Below are positions 8,644 through 18,915 of a DNA stretch of 52,380 nt, piece after piece (positions within the stretch are counted from its first letter, which is position 1; each line of letters opens with the position of its first letter). The notes under the pieces are model-generated. The model made no database searches and had not been told where the DNA came from. It saw only the letters and a program-made list of their open reading frames with translations. A program made the position numbers and the translations under genes. The stretch comes from Candidatus Bipolaricaulota bacterium (lineage in GTDB: Bacteria; Bipolaricaulota; Bipolaricaulia; UBA7950; UBA9294), in assembly GCA_030670905.1 (NCBI GenBank), contig DAOVAR010000002.1:1-52380 (forward strand). Reading direction: 5' to 3'.

Positions 8644-10005
8644 TCACTTCCCAATGCAAAAGCGAGCGAAAATGTGATCAAGAACATCTTTGCTTAGATC
8701 GATTCCCTGAAGCTCGCCGGCAGCCTTGTGTGCCGAACGCAGCTGTTCGGCGACCATGTCGGGTGATTGAGCATTCTTCAGTGCCCCTACCGCGTTATTT
8801 AGGAGATTGTTGACGCGAAGAAGGAGGTCTTGTTCCCATACATCAAGCAGAAGGATCGTTTGCTTACTAGGGAGGTGTCCCCCGAGCAACAGGTTGACTA
8901 TCCCGTGAGATAGTTGCTTGATTCCCTCCCCGTTCTTTGCAGAGATCTTGTAGGCATTCTTTGCTGTGCCGGGGATTGTCTGCTGGATCTTGCACGGAAG
9001 ATCCGATTTATTGATTACAACCAGTGCTGGTTTTTCCCAGTTTTTTTCTAGCAGAGCGTGATCTTCACTTGTGAGAGGAAAACTTCCGTCTAGAAGGAGT
9101 AGCACGAGATCAGCACGGTTGATTGCACGCTCAGTCCATTTTACTGCTTGTTCTTCTATTTGGCCGGTAGGTTCGCATAATCCAGCAGTGTCTATGATGC
9201 GAAATAGCACTCCGCTGATTGTAACCTCTTCTTCTACTGTGTCTCGTGTCGTTCCGGGAATTGGTGTAACAATAGCTCTTTCTTCGGCCAGCAGAGCGTT
9301 AAACAACGTTGACTTGCCAACGTTCGTTCGGCCGGCCAGGGTAATGGTAAGTCCATCTGTTACAATCTTTCCTTGTTCCCCTTGTCTAAGCAGCTTGTTA
9401 GTGTAATCGATAAGTTTGACTAAGCGAGGAAGAATTTGCCCGATCTGTTCAACCTGGTCCGGGAAGTCGATTCCTGCATCGATCTCAGCGAGCAATTCAG
9501 CTATTGTGTCACGAATAGAGGCGATTCCTTCTGAGAAGCGCCCGTGCAATTGGTCAACTGCGGCTTCCAAGCCGAGTTTTGTCTTTGCCTTGACGATGTC
9601 CAGAACCGACTTGGCTTGGTCGAGTGATATACGGCCATTTAGGAACGCTCGTTTGGTAAACTCTCCTCGCTCAGCTAATCGTGCTCCTTTCCTTAGGGTA
9701 AGGTCAAGCACTGCGCGCAGAGCAACAATTCCGCCATGGCAGTTGATCTCAACGATGTTCTCCCGTGTATATGTGCGAGGGGAGTGCATTACCGTGACAA
9801 GGACCTCGTCGATTTCCCTTCCTTGAGAGACGATAGTGCCGTAGTGCAGGGTGTGGCTCTTAGCTTCCTGGAGAGAAATGCCGCGTGCGGAAAAAAACAT
9901 TTCTTCAGCGATTGGAATTGCTTGTGGACCGCTCATGCGAACGATTCCGATTCCTCCCTCACCAAGAGGGGTAGAGATGGCGGAGATGGTGTCATCATAC
10001 ATCAT
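8644..10005 (-). CDS. mnmE: tRNA modification GTPase MnmE
   Basis: 453 aa with the G-domain motifs GRTNVGKSTLFNAL and DTAG. It ends in the family-typical CIGK. Confidence 0.93.
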   Translation of the reverse strand: MMYDDTISAISTPLGEGGIGIVRMSGPQAIPIAEEMFFSARGISLQEAKSHTLHYGTIVSQGREIDEVLVTVMHSPRTYTRENIVEINCHGGIVALRAVLDLTLRKGARLAERGEFTKRAFLNGRISLDQAKSVLDIVKAKTKLGLEAAVDQLHGRFSEGIASIRDTIAELLAEIDAGIDFPDQVEQIGQILPRLVKLIDYTNKLLRQGEQGKIVTDGLTITLAGRTNVGKSTLFNALLAEERAIVTPIPGTTRDTVEEEVTISGVLFRIIDTAGLCEPTGQIEEQAVKWTERAINRADLVLLLLDGSFPLTSEDHALLEKNWEKPALVVINKSDLPCKIQQTIPGTAKNAYKISAKNGEGIKQLSHGIVNLLLGGHLPSKQTILLLDVWEQDLLLRVNNLLNNAVGALKNAQSPDMVAEQLRSAHKAAGELQGIDLSKDVLDHIFARFCIGK

Positions 10006-10007
10006 AT

Positions 10008-10472
10008 CTAGGTGGGCTCGATGACCACTCGACGCTGATCTCCTCTACCTATGCTATATGTCTTAACCGCCGGGAAGCGAGCAAGGGTAACGTGAATCGT
10101 TCGCCGTTCTCGAGCAGGCATTGGGTTCAGTCGGATTCTCTTGTGCTCTTGTCTAGCGGATTCGGCGGCTGTGAGCGCAAAACGAATTAGAGCGGCTTTC
10201 TTCCGCTTTATTGCCCCATTTGTATCGATGACAACTTTGCATTCAGTCTCTATTTCGCGCTCCAAATGGGCCTGGAGAAGACGCTCAAGCGAGGCTAGGA
10301 TAGGGCGTTCTTCCGGGATGGAAAACATGTTTCCCGTGATATTAACATAGATGTCTTCGGGGGCTTGCCCCTGGATTTCAAACGTTGCTTCCTCTTCCAT
10401 GATAGAGAGAATGCCCTGCAGGTAGTCCTCAATCTGCGCTCTGATCTTCTCCATCATCCGTTTCTCCATCAT
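10008..10472 (-). CDS. jag: Jag/KhpB-like RNA-binding protein (KH plus R3H), short form
   Basis: It sits between yidC and mnmE. The C-terminus is R3H-like (RERRTIHVTLARFPAVKTYSIGRGDQRRVVIEP). The start is ambiguous, with four in-frame Met codons between 10454 and 10472, and it overlaps the yidC 3' end. Confidence 0.75.
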   Translation of the reverse strand: MMEKRMMEKIRAQIEDYLQGILSIMEEEATFEIQGQAPEDIYVNITGNMFSIPEERPILASLERLLQAHLEREIETECKVVIDTNGAIKRKKAALIRFALTAAESARQEHKRIRLNPMPARERRTIHVTLARFPAVKTYSIGRGDQRRVVIEPT

Positions 10473-12000
10473 CCAGGATTCCCTCGGCTGAGGCTGCTGA
10501 CATGGATGTTATCGTCCCTGCTTTAGCCATTTCCCAGTTGACGAAGTACTGCTGTCCAACCTGGAAAAGCGTAGTCAGCAGATAGTAGAGCCATAACCCT
10601 GCGGGGAAGCTATATAGGAAAACTGCCATGAATATGGGGAATATGTACCCCATGTATTTCTGGCTTCCACCGGTACTGCTAGCCGTCATTGGCGCCATCA
10701 GTCGCTGCTGCAGAATCATGAGCAATGTAGTGATCCCGACAAGAATGAAGTAGGGATCACGTAAGCTAAGATCGGGTATCCATAGGAACCCAGGAGAAAG
10801 ATGAATCTGCTCAGCCGAGTATAGGATTGCTTTCCAGAGAAGAATCAAGATTGGAAGCTGTACAAACATTGGAAGACATCCGCCCATTGGGTTGACCCCT
10901 TCTTGTTTGTATAACTGCATCATCTTTCGCTGTAGTAGCTGGCGGTCATCTTTGAATCGTGCCTGGATCTTCTTAAGCTTTGGTTGTAGTTTCTGCATTT
11001 TGGCCATTGAGTGGTACTGTTTGCGCATTAGCGGAAACAGGATCACCCTAGTCACGATCGTGAACAAAATGATTGCCCAGGCATAGTTTCCTGTATGACG
11101 ATATAGGAAATTGAGAAATTGAATTACTGGCACCATCATCCGTGCCATGGTTCCTGGCGAGTCGAGTTTTCCTAACCCAGCGCTCTCCATGAGTAGGAAC
11201 CGGCGACGCCCGCCGTACAGAGAAAATGAATAGTTGGTTATTCCTTGTGTCAAAGGTAGGCTCACTCCGAAGCGCTGTCTGCCGGCCGGTGTACGCTCCG
11301 AGAAAGGCACAACTTCTGTCAAATCAACTGGCTGGAGGAAGAAGACGGTTTGTTTGTCCATCAACCCGAGCCCATCAAACGAGGCGTAGGAGTTTGGAGC
11401 AAACAGGGCTTCTGCTGGGGCATCATCGAATAGATATACTAAGTCTGGAGTATTCTCGCTAGGCATATGATCGGCGAGGATCATAAGCAATGTGGAAGAG
11501 GAATACTCCCTATCCTGGTTATCGATCACGAGCTCCATATCAACCGTGTAGTAAGGATCGTTGCGGATGGTAAAACGTTTTATGAAACCAATGCCACCCA
11601 CTTCACCCTTGAATTCAACAATGACCTCATCTTCATAGGCTTGTATTGGGGTAGAAAGCACGCAGTCGACCTCCGCGCCATCTACTAGCAGGGTAAATGG
11701 AAATGTGGTGTTAACCACATATTGCCTCTCTAGATCATCAGGATCTGTCTTTGTCCCTGGGACAAGCTCGCTTGATTTTGACCCATAAGGGGAGAAGGTC
11801 AAGAACACGCTTTGTAGCGTGCCTTTCTCTTCTGAAAAAACATAACTTACTAGGGCTGTCCTGACTTCAATCTCTCGATAGTCACCGGACTGGTAAATCC
11901 TATAGGTTAGATCTTTTTGTACTCCCAAGCTCGGGACCCCCAGTAAGAGGAGGAGAGACAGTGCAATGAATATCGTTAACCAAGCATGGATTTTTCTCAA
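10429..12000 (-). CDS. yidC: Membrane protein insertase YidC (long form with a periplasmic domain)
   Basis: 523 aa with a signal-anchor, a large P1 domain and the conserved core NPMGGCLPMFVQLPILILLW. The start is TTG, 5 nt after an AAGGAGG Shine-Dalgarno. Confidence 0.9.
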   Translation of the reverse strand: MRKIHAWLTIFIALSLLLLLGVPSLGVQKDLTYRIYQSGDYREIEVRTALVSYVFSEEKGTLQSVFLTFSPYGSKSSELVPGTKTDPDDLERQYVVNTTFPFTLLVDGAEVDCVLSTPIQAYEDEVIVEFKGEVGGIGFIKRFTIRNDPYYTVDMELVIDNQDREYSSSTLLMILADHMPSENTPDLVYLFDDAPAEALFAPNSYASFDGLGLMDKQTVFFLQPVDLTEVVPFSERTPAGRQRFGVSLPLTQGITNYSFSLYGGRRRFLLMESAGLGKLDSPGTMARMMVPVIQFLNFLYRHTGNYAWAIILFTIVTRVILFPLMRKQYHSMAKMQKLQPKLKKIQARFKDDRQLLQRKMMQLYKQEGVNPMGGCLPMFVQLPILILLWKAILYSAEQIHLSPGFLWIPDLSLRDPYFILVGITTLLMILQQRLMAPMTASSTGGSQKYMGYIFPIFMAVFLYSFPAGLWLYYLLTTLFQVGQQYFVNWEMAKAGTITSMSAASAEGILDDGETDDGEDQSAD

Positions 12001-12085
12001 TATAACCTCCTTGCGATAGGGTATCCTAGTAACTAGAAGGTTGCAACTCCGTTGATAGGGGCCAAGGCTTGCAGTAAACTTCCTA

Positions 12086-12676
12086 GTGTCGATGTTTACA
12101 GGGATTATTCAGAACCTAGGAGTGTTGCGTAGACGAAGAACGGGAGTCCTTGAAGTGGAAGTGCCCGCGTCGATCCGGGAACGATTGACTGTAGGGGCAA
12201 GCATCGCGGTGAATGGGGTTTGCGTGACTGTTAGCGAGCTATCGGCCGGAACGTTTTCGGCAGACATCTCACAACAGACCCTTTCCTGTACTACCATCGG
12301 AAGATTAAAGGAGAGGACGCCGGTCAACTTAGAGCTTCCGGTTGGCCCGGAGAGAGCTTTTGACGGACACATTGTGCTTGGGCATGTTGATACAATTGGT
12401 CGAGTGCGCGGTTTTTTTCGCGCTCGAGAAGGCCGGGTATTCATCTTTTCCTTTGCCCGTGAGTTTTGTCGCTATGTAGCAGATAAGGGGGCGGTGACTG
12501 TGGACGGAATTAGTCTTACCCCATTTGCTGTCAGCAAAGATGATTTTCGCTGCGCAGTGATCCCGCAAACACTTGCCTTAACAAATCTACAGTATCGAGC
12601 CAACGGAGATGCGGTAAACTTGGAGTTTGACATCTTAGCAAAGTATGTAGAAGGGATGATAAGAAATGTCCATTGA
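12086..12676 (+). CDS. ribE: Riboflavin synthase alpha chain
   Basis: It has the [11 protein letters not shown]-terminus and the two-lobed repeat (NGVCVTV / VDGISLT). The likely true start is ATG at 12092. Confidence 0.9.
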   Translation: MSMFTGIIQNLGVLRRRRTGVLEVEVPASIRERLTVGASIAVNGVCVTVSELSAGTFSADISQQTLSCTTIGRLKERTPVNLELPVGPERAFDGHIVLGHVDTIGRVRGFFRAREGRVFIFSFAREFCRYVADKGAVTVDGISLTPFAVSKDDFRCAVIPQTLALTNLQYRANGDAVNLEFDILAKYVEGMIRNVH

Positions 12677-13865
12677 AATAGAGGAAGCGATCAAGCGATT
12701 TAGTGCCGGCGAAATGCTGATAATCGTTGATGAGGAAAGTAGGGAGAATGAAGGCGATCTAATGATAGCAGCCGATCATGTTACCCCGGATGCGATCAAT
12801 TTCATGTCCAAGTACGGCCGTGGATTGGTCTGTTTGGCCATCGATAGAGAACGAGCCCATTCCCTTGCGCTGGGCCCGATGGTCTCCGAGAACACCGCTC
12901 TGCATGGAACCCATTTTGCCGTATCCGTCGATGCGAGCAATGGCGTAACTTCTGGTATATCTGCTCAAGATCGGGCTCGTACAATACAAGTAATGATGGA
13001 TGAGGCGACACATCCAGATGATCTGGCTCGCCCTGGGCATATCTTCCCACTGATTGCTCGCGAGGGAGGCGTGCTCAAGCGTAGCGGACATACGGAGGCC
13101 GCAGTTGATCTGGCGCGGCTGGCTGGCCTAAAACCAGCTACCGTCCTTTGTGAAGTGCTAAATGATGACGGAACCATGGCGCGTTTGCCTCAGCTGAAGA
13201 TACTAGCGGATAAACACAATCTAGGTATTGCCAGCGTTGCCGATCTGATTACTTATAGAAAGCGGAATGAACCCTTGGTCGCGCGGACGTCGAGCGCGGA
13301 GCTTCCTACCATCTATGGTGATTTTAAGATCTACAGCTACTCCAGCCCAATAGAAGACGAAGAACATGTGGCTTTGGTGAAGGGAAATGTCGCCGGGAAG
13401 AAGAATGTCTTGGTTCGGGTTCACTCAGAATGCCTTACCGGTGACGTGTTTGGTTCGCTACGGTGTGACTGCGGAGATCAGCTACGCCGTGCCCTTGATA
13501 TGATTGAACAGGAAGGGTGTGGGGTGTGCCTGTACATGCGACAGGAGGGAAGGGGAATTGGCTTAAGCAATAAAGTCTGTGCCTACGAACTACAGGATCG
13601 GGGCCTGGATACCGTGGAGGCAAATGAGCGGCTTGGCTTTGGGGCCGACCTGCGTGATTATGGTATTGGCGCTCAGATCTTGTGCGATCTGGGCCTGTCC
13701 ACCATCCGTCTTCTCACCAATAACCCAAAGAAAGTAATCGGCCTCTCTGGTTACGGCCTGCAAATTATAGAGCAGATCCCTATTGAGGCCTCTCCGAATG
13801 AACATAACCGTCACTATTTGAAGACCAAGAAGGAAAAACTGGGACACCGCCTGACAAATGTCTAG
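12666..13865 (+). CDS. ribBA: Bifunctional 3,4-dihydroxy-2-butanone-4-phosphate synthase / GTP cyclohydrolase II
   Basis: RENEGDL is in the N-terminal half and [21 protein letters not shown] in the C-terminal half. It overlaps ribE by 11 nt. Confidence 0.93.
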   Translation: MSIEIEEAIKRFSAGEMLIIVDEESRENEGDLMIAADHVTPDAINFMSKYGRGLVCLAIDRERAHSLALGPMVSENTALHGTHFAVSVDASNGVTSGISAQDRARTIQVMMDEATHPDDLARPGHIFPLIAREGGVLKRSGHTEAAVDLARLAGLKPATVLCEVLNDDGTMARLPQLKILADKHNLGIASVADLITYRKRNEPLVARTSSAELPTIYGDFKIYSYSSPIEDEEHVALVKGNVAGKKNVLVRVHSECLTGDVFGSLRCDCGDQLRRALDMIEQEGCGVCLYMRQEGRGIGLSNKVCAYELQDRGLDTVEANERLGFGADLRDYGIGAQILCDLGLSTIRLLTNNPKKVIGLSGYGLQIIEQIPIEASPNEHNRHYLKTKKEKLGHRLTNV

Positions 13866-13919
13866 AGTAGTCTTGCGGATTAGTTACAGGATGAAAAGAT
13901 GGCCTAAGGAGGGATGACT

Positions 13920-14387
13920 ATGGGGAATACGTATGAAGGAAAATTAGATGGACATAGCCAGCGAGTAGGAATTGTTGTCAGCCGCTTCAATGATTTCGTC
14001 ACAAGTAGGCTTCTTGATGGAGCACTTGATCGGCTGAAGCGGTCAAATGTACCACAGGAATCAACGGATGTATGCTGGGTTCCGGGTGCCTTTGAGGTTC
14101 CTAAGGCAGTAAGGCAGATGGCTAATACAAACCGTTATGATGGGGTAATTGCGCTAGCTGCGGTAATTCGAGGGGCGACCCCACACTTTGAATATATTGC
14201 TAGTGAAATCACCAAGGGGCTGGCCAGAGTTAACCTGGAAGTAGCTATTCCAGTGTCATTTGGCGTAATTACCTCTGATACTGTCGAGGAAGCGATTGAG
14301 CGAGCCGGTACGAAACTAGGAAACAAGGGAGCGCAGGCGGCGGAAAGCTTGATTGAAATGATCAATGTGCTACAAGAGATTGGATGA
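13920..14387 (+). CDS. ribH: 6,7-dimethyl-8-ribityllumazine synthase
   Basis: VVSRFNDFV and GATPHFEYI motifs are present. ATG at 13920 is 7 nt after an AAGGAGGG Shine-Dalgarno. The ORF-track start at 13914 is too close to that site. Confidence 0.9.
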   Translation: MGNTYEGKLDGHSQRVGIVVSRFNDFVTSRLLDGALDRLKRSNVPQESTDVCWVPGAFEVPKAVRQMANTNRYDGVIALAAVIRGATPHFEYIASEITKGLARVNLEVAIPVSFGVITSDTVEEAIERAGTKLGNKGAQAAESLIEMINVLQEIG

Positions 14388-15658
14388 AGTACGAATCGGT
14401 TCGCGGGATGCGCGATATCTTGCCAGGCGAGATTGGCTACTGGAAGCAGGTTGAGGAAAAGGTACGTGAAGTAGCCACATGTTTCTATTATCGTGAGATC
14501 CGCCTGCCCCTTATGGAACATAGCGAGCTCTTCTCGCGCGGTATTGGCGAAGAGACAGATATTGTGAATAAGGAAATGTACACCTTCTTGGATAAGAAGA
14601 ATCGTAGCTTAACCCTACGGCCAGAGGCAACAGCGTCAGTTGCACGAGCCTACCTTGAACATGGGCTTCATGTTACGGAACCGTTCCAAAAACTCTTCTA
14701 TATTGGGCCAATGTTCCGTTATGAAAAACCGCAGAAAGGACGTAGTCGTCAATTTCATCAGTATGGGGTAGAAGCAATTGGCTCACTTGATCCAGCATTG
14801 GATGCAGATGTAATAAGCTTTGCTTGGACATTGATGGATATGTTGGGTCTTTCCGGCTTGTCGCTGCGATTGAATAGTATTGGTTGCGCGGAGGATCGAC
14901 AACGTTACAAGAAGGCCTTATCCGGTTACTTCGCCACCCACATTGATGAGATGTGTACGGACTGTCGAAGGCGTTATGATTCTAATCCATTACGCATTCT
15001 TGACTGTAAGAGAAGTCATTGTCAGCTGTATATTCAACAAGCGCCAGCTAGTATTGATTACTTGTGTGCCGACTGCGATCGACACTTTGCAGGGGTACAA
15101 CGTTACTTGGACAAGCTAGGATTGGATTATGGGATTGATGCACGCCTTATCCGCGGGCTGGATTACTACACTCGCACCGTGTTTGAACTCATCTCTAAGG
15201 ACCTTGGTGCCCAAGATGCCTTACTTGGCGGAGGAAGGTACGATGGGTTGGTTCAGTTGCTAGGCGGCCCAGCTACTCCAGGCGTTGGGTTTGCCGGGGG
15301 GATGGAGCGATTGATCCTTGTCCTGCAGAAAAAAAACAGCTCCTTTGGGCGAGAAAAGCGGCTTGACCTGTTTCTTGCTGCGTTGGGGGAAGAGGGGCGG
15401 TTGCTTGCCCTTACGCTTGCACAAAGCTTGCGTAGTCAGGGAATATCGGTCGACCTAGATTATCGTGGGCGATCCTTGCGCAAGCAACTTGGCTATGCCG
15501 ATCAAGTCGAAGCACGTTACTTGATTGTGCTTGGTGAAGACGAACTTAGCTCAAAACAAGGCAGGATCAAGAATATGGACAAAAGGGAAGAACACGAAAT
15601 TTCCCTAACCGCTGATGCAATAGCGCATATTGTTCATGTGAGTAAGCATGGAGATTAA
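14384..15658 (+). CDS. hisS: Histidine--tRNA ligase
   Basis: Class II motifs are present: RGMRD, FRYEKPQKGRSRQFHQ and GGGRYDGL. The start overlaps the ribH stop (ATGA). Confidence 0.93.
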   Translation: MKYESVRGMRDILPGEIGYWKQVEEKVREVATCFYYREIRLPLMEHSELFSRGIGEETDIVNKEMYTFLDKKNRSLTLRPEATASVARAYLEHGLHVTEPFQKLFYIGPMFRYEKPQKGRSRQFHQYGVEAIGSLDPALDADVISFAWTLMDMLGLSGLSLRLNSIGCAEDRQRYKKALSGYFATHIDEMCTDCRRRYDSNPLRILDCKRSHCQLYIQQAPASIDYLCADCDRHFAGVQRYLDKLGLDYGIDARLIRGLDYYTRTVFELISKDLGAQDALLGGGRYDGLVQLLGGPATPGVGFAGGMERLILVLQKKNSSFGREKRLDLFLAALGEEGRLLALTLAQSLRSQGISVDLDYRGRSLRKQLGYADQVEARYLIVLGEDELSSKQGRIKNMDKREEHEISLTADAIAHIVHVSKHGD

Positions 15659-16130
15659 GGTTGTTGAAGTTGATAATCCACGAGAATTGAATCTTGTCCT
15701 TGGTCAAGCGCACTTCATCAAATCAGTAGAGGATTTGCATGAGGCACTAGTCACCGCAGTACCGGGAATCAAGTTCGGGATAGCATTCTGTGAGGCGTCT
15801 GGCCCGGCGCTTGTCCGTTACTCTGGAACTGACCAGAGGCTAATTGACCTTGCTGTTGGCAACGCAGAGGAGATTGGGGCTGGGCACGTGTTCATCATAT
15901 TCCTAGATGGGACCTTCCCAATCAACGTATTGAATAGGATCAAACAAGTCCCGGAAGTGTGTAGCATATACTGCGCCACTGCCAACGCAGTGCAGGTGGT
16001 CATCGCCGAAACAGAGAAGGGGCGCGGGATACTTGGTGTGGTTGATGGTATTTCGCCGAAGGGAGTGGAAACGGAGACTGATATCGCTGAGCGCAAGTCG
16101 TTCCTGCGAAAGATCGGATATAAGTTGTAG
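15648..16130 (+). CDS. Adenosine-specific kinase family protein (PF04008-like)
   Basis: 160 aa. The overall sequence (MEIKVVEVDNP...FGIAFCEASGP...VFIIFL...) matches my recollection of this small family, which is mostly archaeal. I did not check a catalytic motif. Confidence 0.5.
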   Translation: MEIKVVEVDNPRELNLVLGQAHFIKSVEDLHEALVTAVPGIKFGIAFCEASGPALVRYSGTDQRLIDLAVGNAEEIGAGHVFIIFLDGTFPINVLNRIKQVPEVCSIYCATANAVQVVIAETEKGRGILGVVDGISPKGVETETDIAERKSFLRKIGYKL

Positions 16131-16138
16131 GTTAACGC

Positions 16139-16912
16139 TTATCTGGTTTCGCCGTCATTCTCCCATAGAGAGTGTAGAAGGGTTTCAATCCTGTGCTTAG
16201 ATTCACTGGAGCGTGGGCGTTTCACTTTTCCCTGATACAGGCGGTTTACTAGTTTCACATCTACCTTTGCGATTCGCGCAAATTCTGTGAGCGTGATACC
16301 AAAATGATCGAGGGTTGCCTCTAGTTTAAGGCTCAATGGCGCTGCATTCTCTAGCTCTGGAGGAACGCCACACAGTTCCCAATCAATCTTTCCCGACTTA
16401 GTTCTGTCGCACGCGTTACTCAATGGCGGATGTGTTTTGTCATTGAGTGTTTGTCGTTGTTTGCCACTGCTCTTCCCTGGAATAACGATCCCACGCAGTG
16501 CTGTTGGCTTCATACAAGGTTCTCTGCCCTGAGTAGCAGCCTTGCGCTTCTTGGGAGGTTTCCTGTATGCGGTGCAGTGTGGTTTCTCTGAACGGACAAA
16601 ACCGTCTGCTGCTACCATGCGAACCAGAGCCTTATCGGGGGTTAGTTCAACAACGCTGACCTCAAGCTCTCCCAGTCCTTCGTCGACTAGCTCGGTCAAG
16701 AAAGCGTGGATCGAAAGATCTGTTTCCTCTTTGGTGTTAACCAGGCGGTATCCTCTGTTTATCAGTGACTGAATTGCAGCTTGATATTTCATCTGACACG
16801 AAACCCCTCTTGGTCTGACTGCTCTGTTGATAGTATATCTGTCAGCCGGCTTCAAGTCTCTCCAGAGCCGCTCTCGGCAATTGAAGTACTTATGAGAGGG
16901 ATACATCACCAA
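16139..16912 (-). CDS. Hypothetical protein with a possible C-terminal helix-turn-helix
   Basis: It is the only minus-strand gene between 12.1 and 25.8 kb. The middle is Lys/Arg-rich and low in complexity, and the C-terminus is HTH-like (ITLTEFARIAKVDVKLVNRLYQGK). The start is uncertain: TTG 16912, ATG 16906 or ATG 16792. Confidence 0.45.
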   Translation of the reverse strand: MVMYPSHKYFNCRERLWRDLKPADRYTINRAVRPRGVSCQMKYQAAIQSLINRGYRLVNTKEETDLSIHAFLTELVDEGLGELEVSVVELTPDKALVRMVAADGFVRSEKPHCTAYRKPPKKRKAATQGREPCMKPTALRGIVIPGKSSGKQRQTLNDKTHPPLSNACDRTKSGKIDWELCGVPPELENAAPLSLKLEATLDHFGITLTEFARIAKVDVKLVNRLYQGKVKRPRSSESKHRIETLLHSLWENDGETR

Positions 16913-17032
16913 CTTGGTGTGCCACGCATTAGTGAGTCGTTGTTTGCCGAAGGAGAACGGGTAGAATGTACTTAAAGCAGTAAAGGGAATAACTTCTGAA
17001 GATTAGAATACGACGCATTAGGGAGGGAGTTG

Positions 17033-18181
17033 ATGAGAATAATGGTGATTGGTGCTGGGATGATGGCGCGGGCAATTACCTTCAACCTAGCTCAACGAGA
17101 GGAGATTGATGAAATCTGTCTTGTCGATCGGGAAGTGAAGAAAGCCGAGCAGATTGCGAATTGGTTATCAGATAAGAGGGTAATTCCTATGCGGTTAGAT
17201 GTAACTGCCCCTCGCGCTGTACGTGAAGCAATGCGTGGATGCGTAGCTGCAATAAGTGCTGTGCCCTATTTTCTTAATCTTTCACTTGCGGAGGCAGCAG
17301 TGGCTAGCGGTACCCATTTCTGCGATCTTGGAGGGAACAACCGCACAGTAGAAAAGGAATTTGCCCTTGATGAACAGGCAAGACAAGCAAGAGTAACAAT
17401 AATCCCTGATTGCGGCCTTGCTCCAGGCTTGGTTAATATCCTTACTGCGGGGGCAATTGCCGAACTTACAGATGTAGAGGTGGTTAAGATCCGAGTAGGT
17501 GGGCTTCCGCAGTGCCCGCGCCCACCCCTTGACTACCAGATCGTATTCTCCCCTCATGGTTTGATCAACGAATACATGGAACAAGCGACCATTATCCGTG
17601 ATGGAAAAGCTGTTAAGCTGTCATCTTTGACAGAGCCAGAAGAGATTTCGTTCCCCGGGTATGAATGTCTGGAAGCATTTCACACCTCAGGAGGTACTTC
17701 CACTTTGCCGCAGACTATGCTTGGCCGAGTGGCTAACCTGGATTACAAAACGATTCGTTATCCAGGGCATCTTGAGAAGATCAGCGCGATTGCAAAGCTT
17801 GGTTTTCTTGATACAACGCCACGGCTGGTAGACGAAGTTGAGGTAAGCCCACGAGAACTAGCGGTACGGCTGTTGAGTGAGAATCTTTCATTTGATGAGC
17901 CGGATGTTGTGTTGTTGCGCGTGACGGCAAACGGAAGCATGGATGACCAAGCGGTGGAAGTGTGCTACCAGATAATTGATCACTTCGATGAGAAGACCGG
18001 GCTTTCTGCGATGATGCGTACAACCGGTTTTCCTGCGGCTCAGGTTGTTTTTATGCTTGCGAGCGGAGGGATCAAAGAATGTGGTACGCTCACACAAGAG
18101 ACTTATGTACCGCACGAGGAGTTTGTTGCCGGATTACGCAGATTTGGTATCGGGGTTGAACGTACGGTCACCAGGCAATGA
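17033..18181 (+). CDS. Saccharopine dehydrogenase-family NAD(P) oxidoreductase
   Basis: The N-terminus has a Rossmann fold (IMVIGAGMMARA). The central PDCGLAPGL motif is typical of the saccharopine / lysine dehydrogenase family. Confidence 0.7.
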   Translation: MRIMVIGAGMMARAITFNLAQREEIDEICLVDREVKKAEQIANWLSDKRVIPMRLDVTAPRAVREAMRGCVAAISAVPYFLNLSLAEAAVASGTHFCDLGGNNRTVEKEFALDEQARQARVTIIPDCGLAPGLVNILTAGAIAELTDVEVVKIRVGGLPQCPRPPLDYQIVFSPHGLINEYMEQATIIRDGKAVKLSSLTEPEEISFPGYECLEAFHTSGGTSTLPQTMLGRVANLDYKTIRYPGHLEKISAIAKLGFLDTTPRLVDEVEVSPRELAVRLLSENLSFDEPDVVLLRVTANGSMDDQAVEVCYQIIDHFDEKTGLSAMMRTTGFPAAQVVFMLASGGIKECGTLTQETYVPHEEFVAGLRRFGIGVERTVTRQ

Positions 18182-18822
18182 CAAAGTTACTTGGATTTGA
18201 TATGGACGGAGTTATCCTGGATTCAGACGACCTTAGCCAAGGTAATTGGTTTGTGGAACTATTCAACCGGACTTTGCGGGAGTTTGGCATCCCAGAAACA
18301 GAAGAAAATGCTCGCTTGCTCTATATCAAGAATCTGCGCAACAATGCCGGGGCCATCTGTAGGAAGTTCGGGATTGACAATGCAGAGAAATTGTGGAATC
18401 GCCGTGATGCCAATTATGTTGCGGGTAAACTTGCTGCACTTGAGGCAGGCAAAATTCCCCTTTATCGTGATGTTGCCGCCCTGGAAGAGTTGGCGACAGA
18501 CCCCAACTATCGGATTGGCATTGTAAGCAATTCTCCGCAAATAGTAGTGGATCGAGTAGTTGCCTACTTCTCTCTGGATCGTATATTCGACACTTGGATC
18601 GGTCGCGGGACTACATTGAGTGACATTCAGTTTGCCAAGCCTGCTCCAAACCTGCTTGAGCGCCTGAAAGCGATCCTTGGAGTGGTCCATGGCTATTATA
18701 TCGGAGACCAGCCCGAGGATGCCCAGGCTGCTCGTGCCGCCTCACTTGTTCCCATTATCATCACTCGCAATGGAAATGGCGGAGATATAAAGAGTCTCAC
18801 AGAGCTGAAGCATTTACTCTGA
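18178..18822 (+). CDS. HAD-superfamily hydrolase
   Basis: Motif I is FDMDGVILDS, and the C-terminal GDQPEDAQAA is motif IV-like. It overlaps the upstream stop by 4 nt. Confidence 0.75.
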   Translation: MTKLLGFDMDGVILDSDDLSQGNWFVELFNRTLREFGIPETEENARLLYIKNLRNNAGAICRKFGIDNAEKLWNRRDANYVAGKLAALEAGKIPLYRDVAALEELATDPNYRIGIVSNSPQIVVDRVVAYFSLDRIFDTWIGRGTTLSDIQFAKPAPNLLERLKAILGVVHGYYIGDQPEDAQAARAASLVPIIITRNGNGGDIKSLTELKHLL

Positions 18823-18915
18823 TAACCATGATGACCGTATAAGGCAACAACATGTCCACTGGATGAAGCTGGGTATATGGTTTCAATCATCCCTGACAAA
18901 GCCTATAATAGCTCT

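Noticed and set aside
12001-12091. The divergent yidC/ribE spacer as a replication origin, because yidC-jag-mnmE are often oriC-proximal
   Set aside because: No rpmH, rnpA, dnaA or dnaN is adjacent. I found no TTATCCACA-type DnaA boxes or AT-rich unwinding element there. The only near-match to a DnaA box in the window is a single 7/9 site near 3549.
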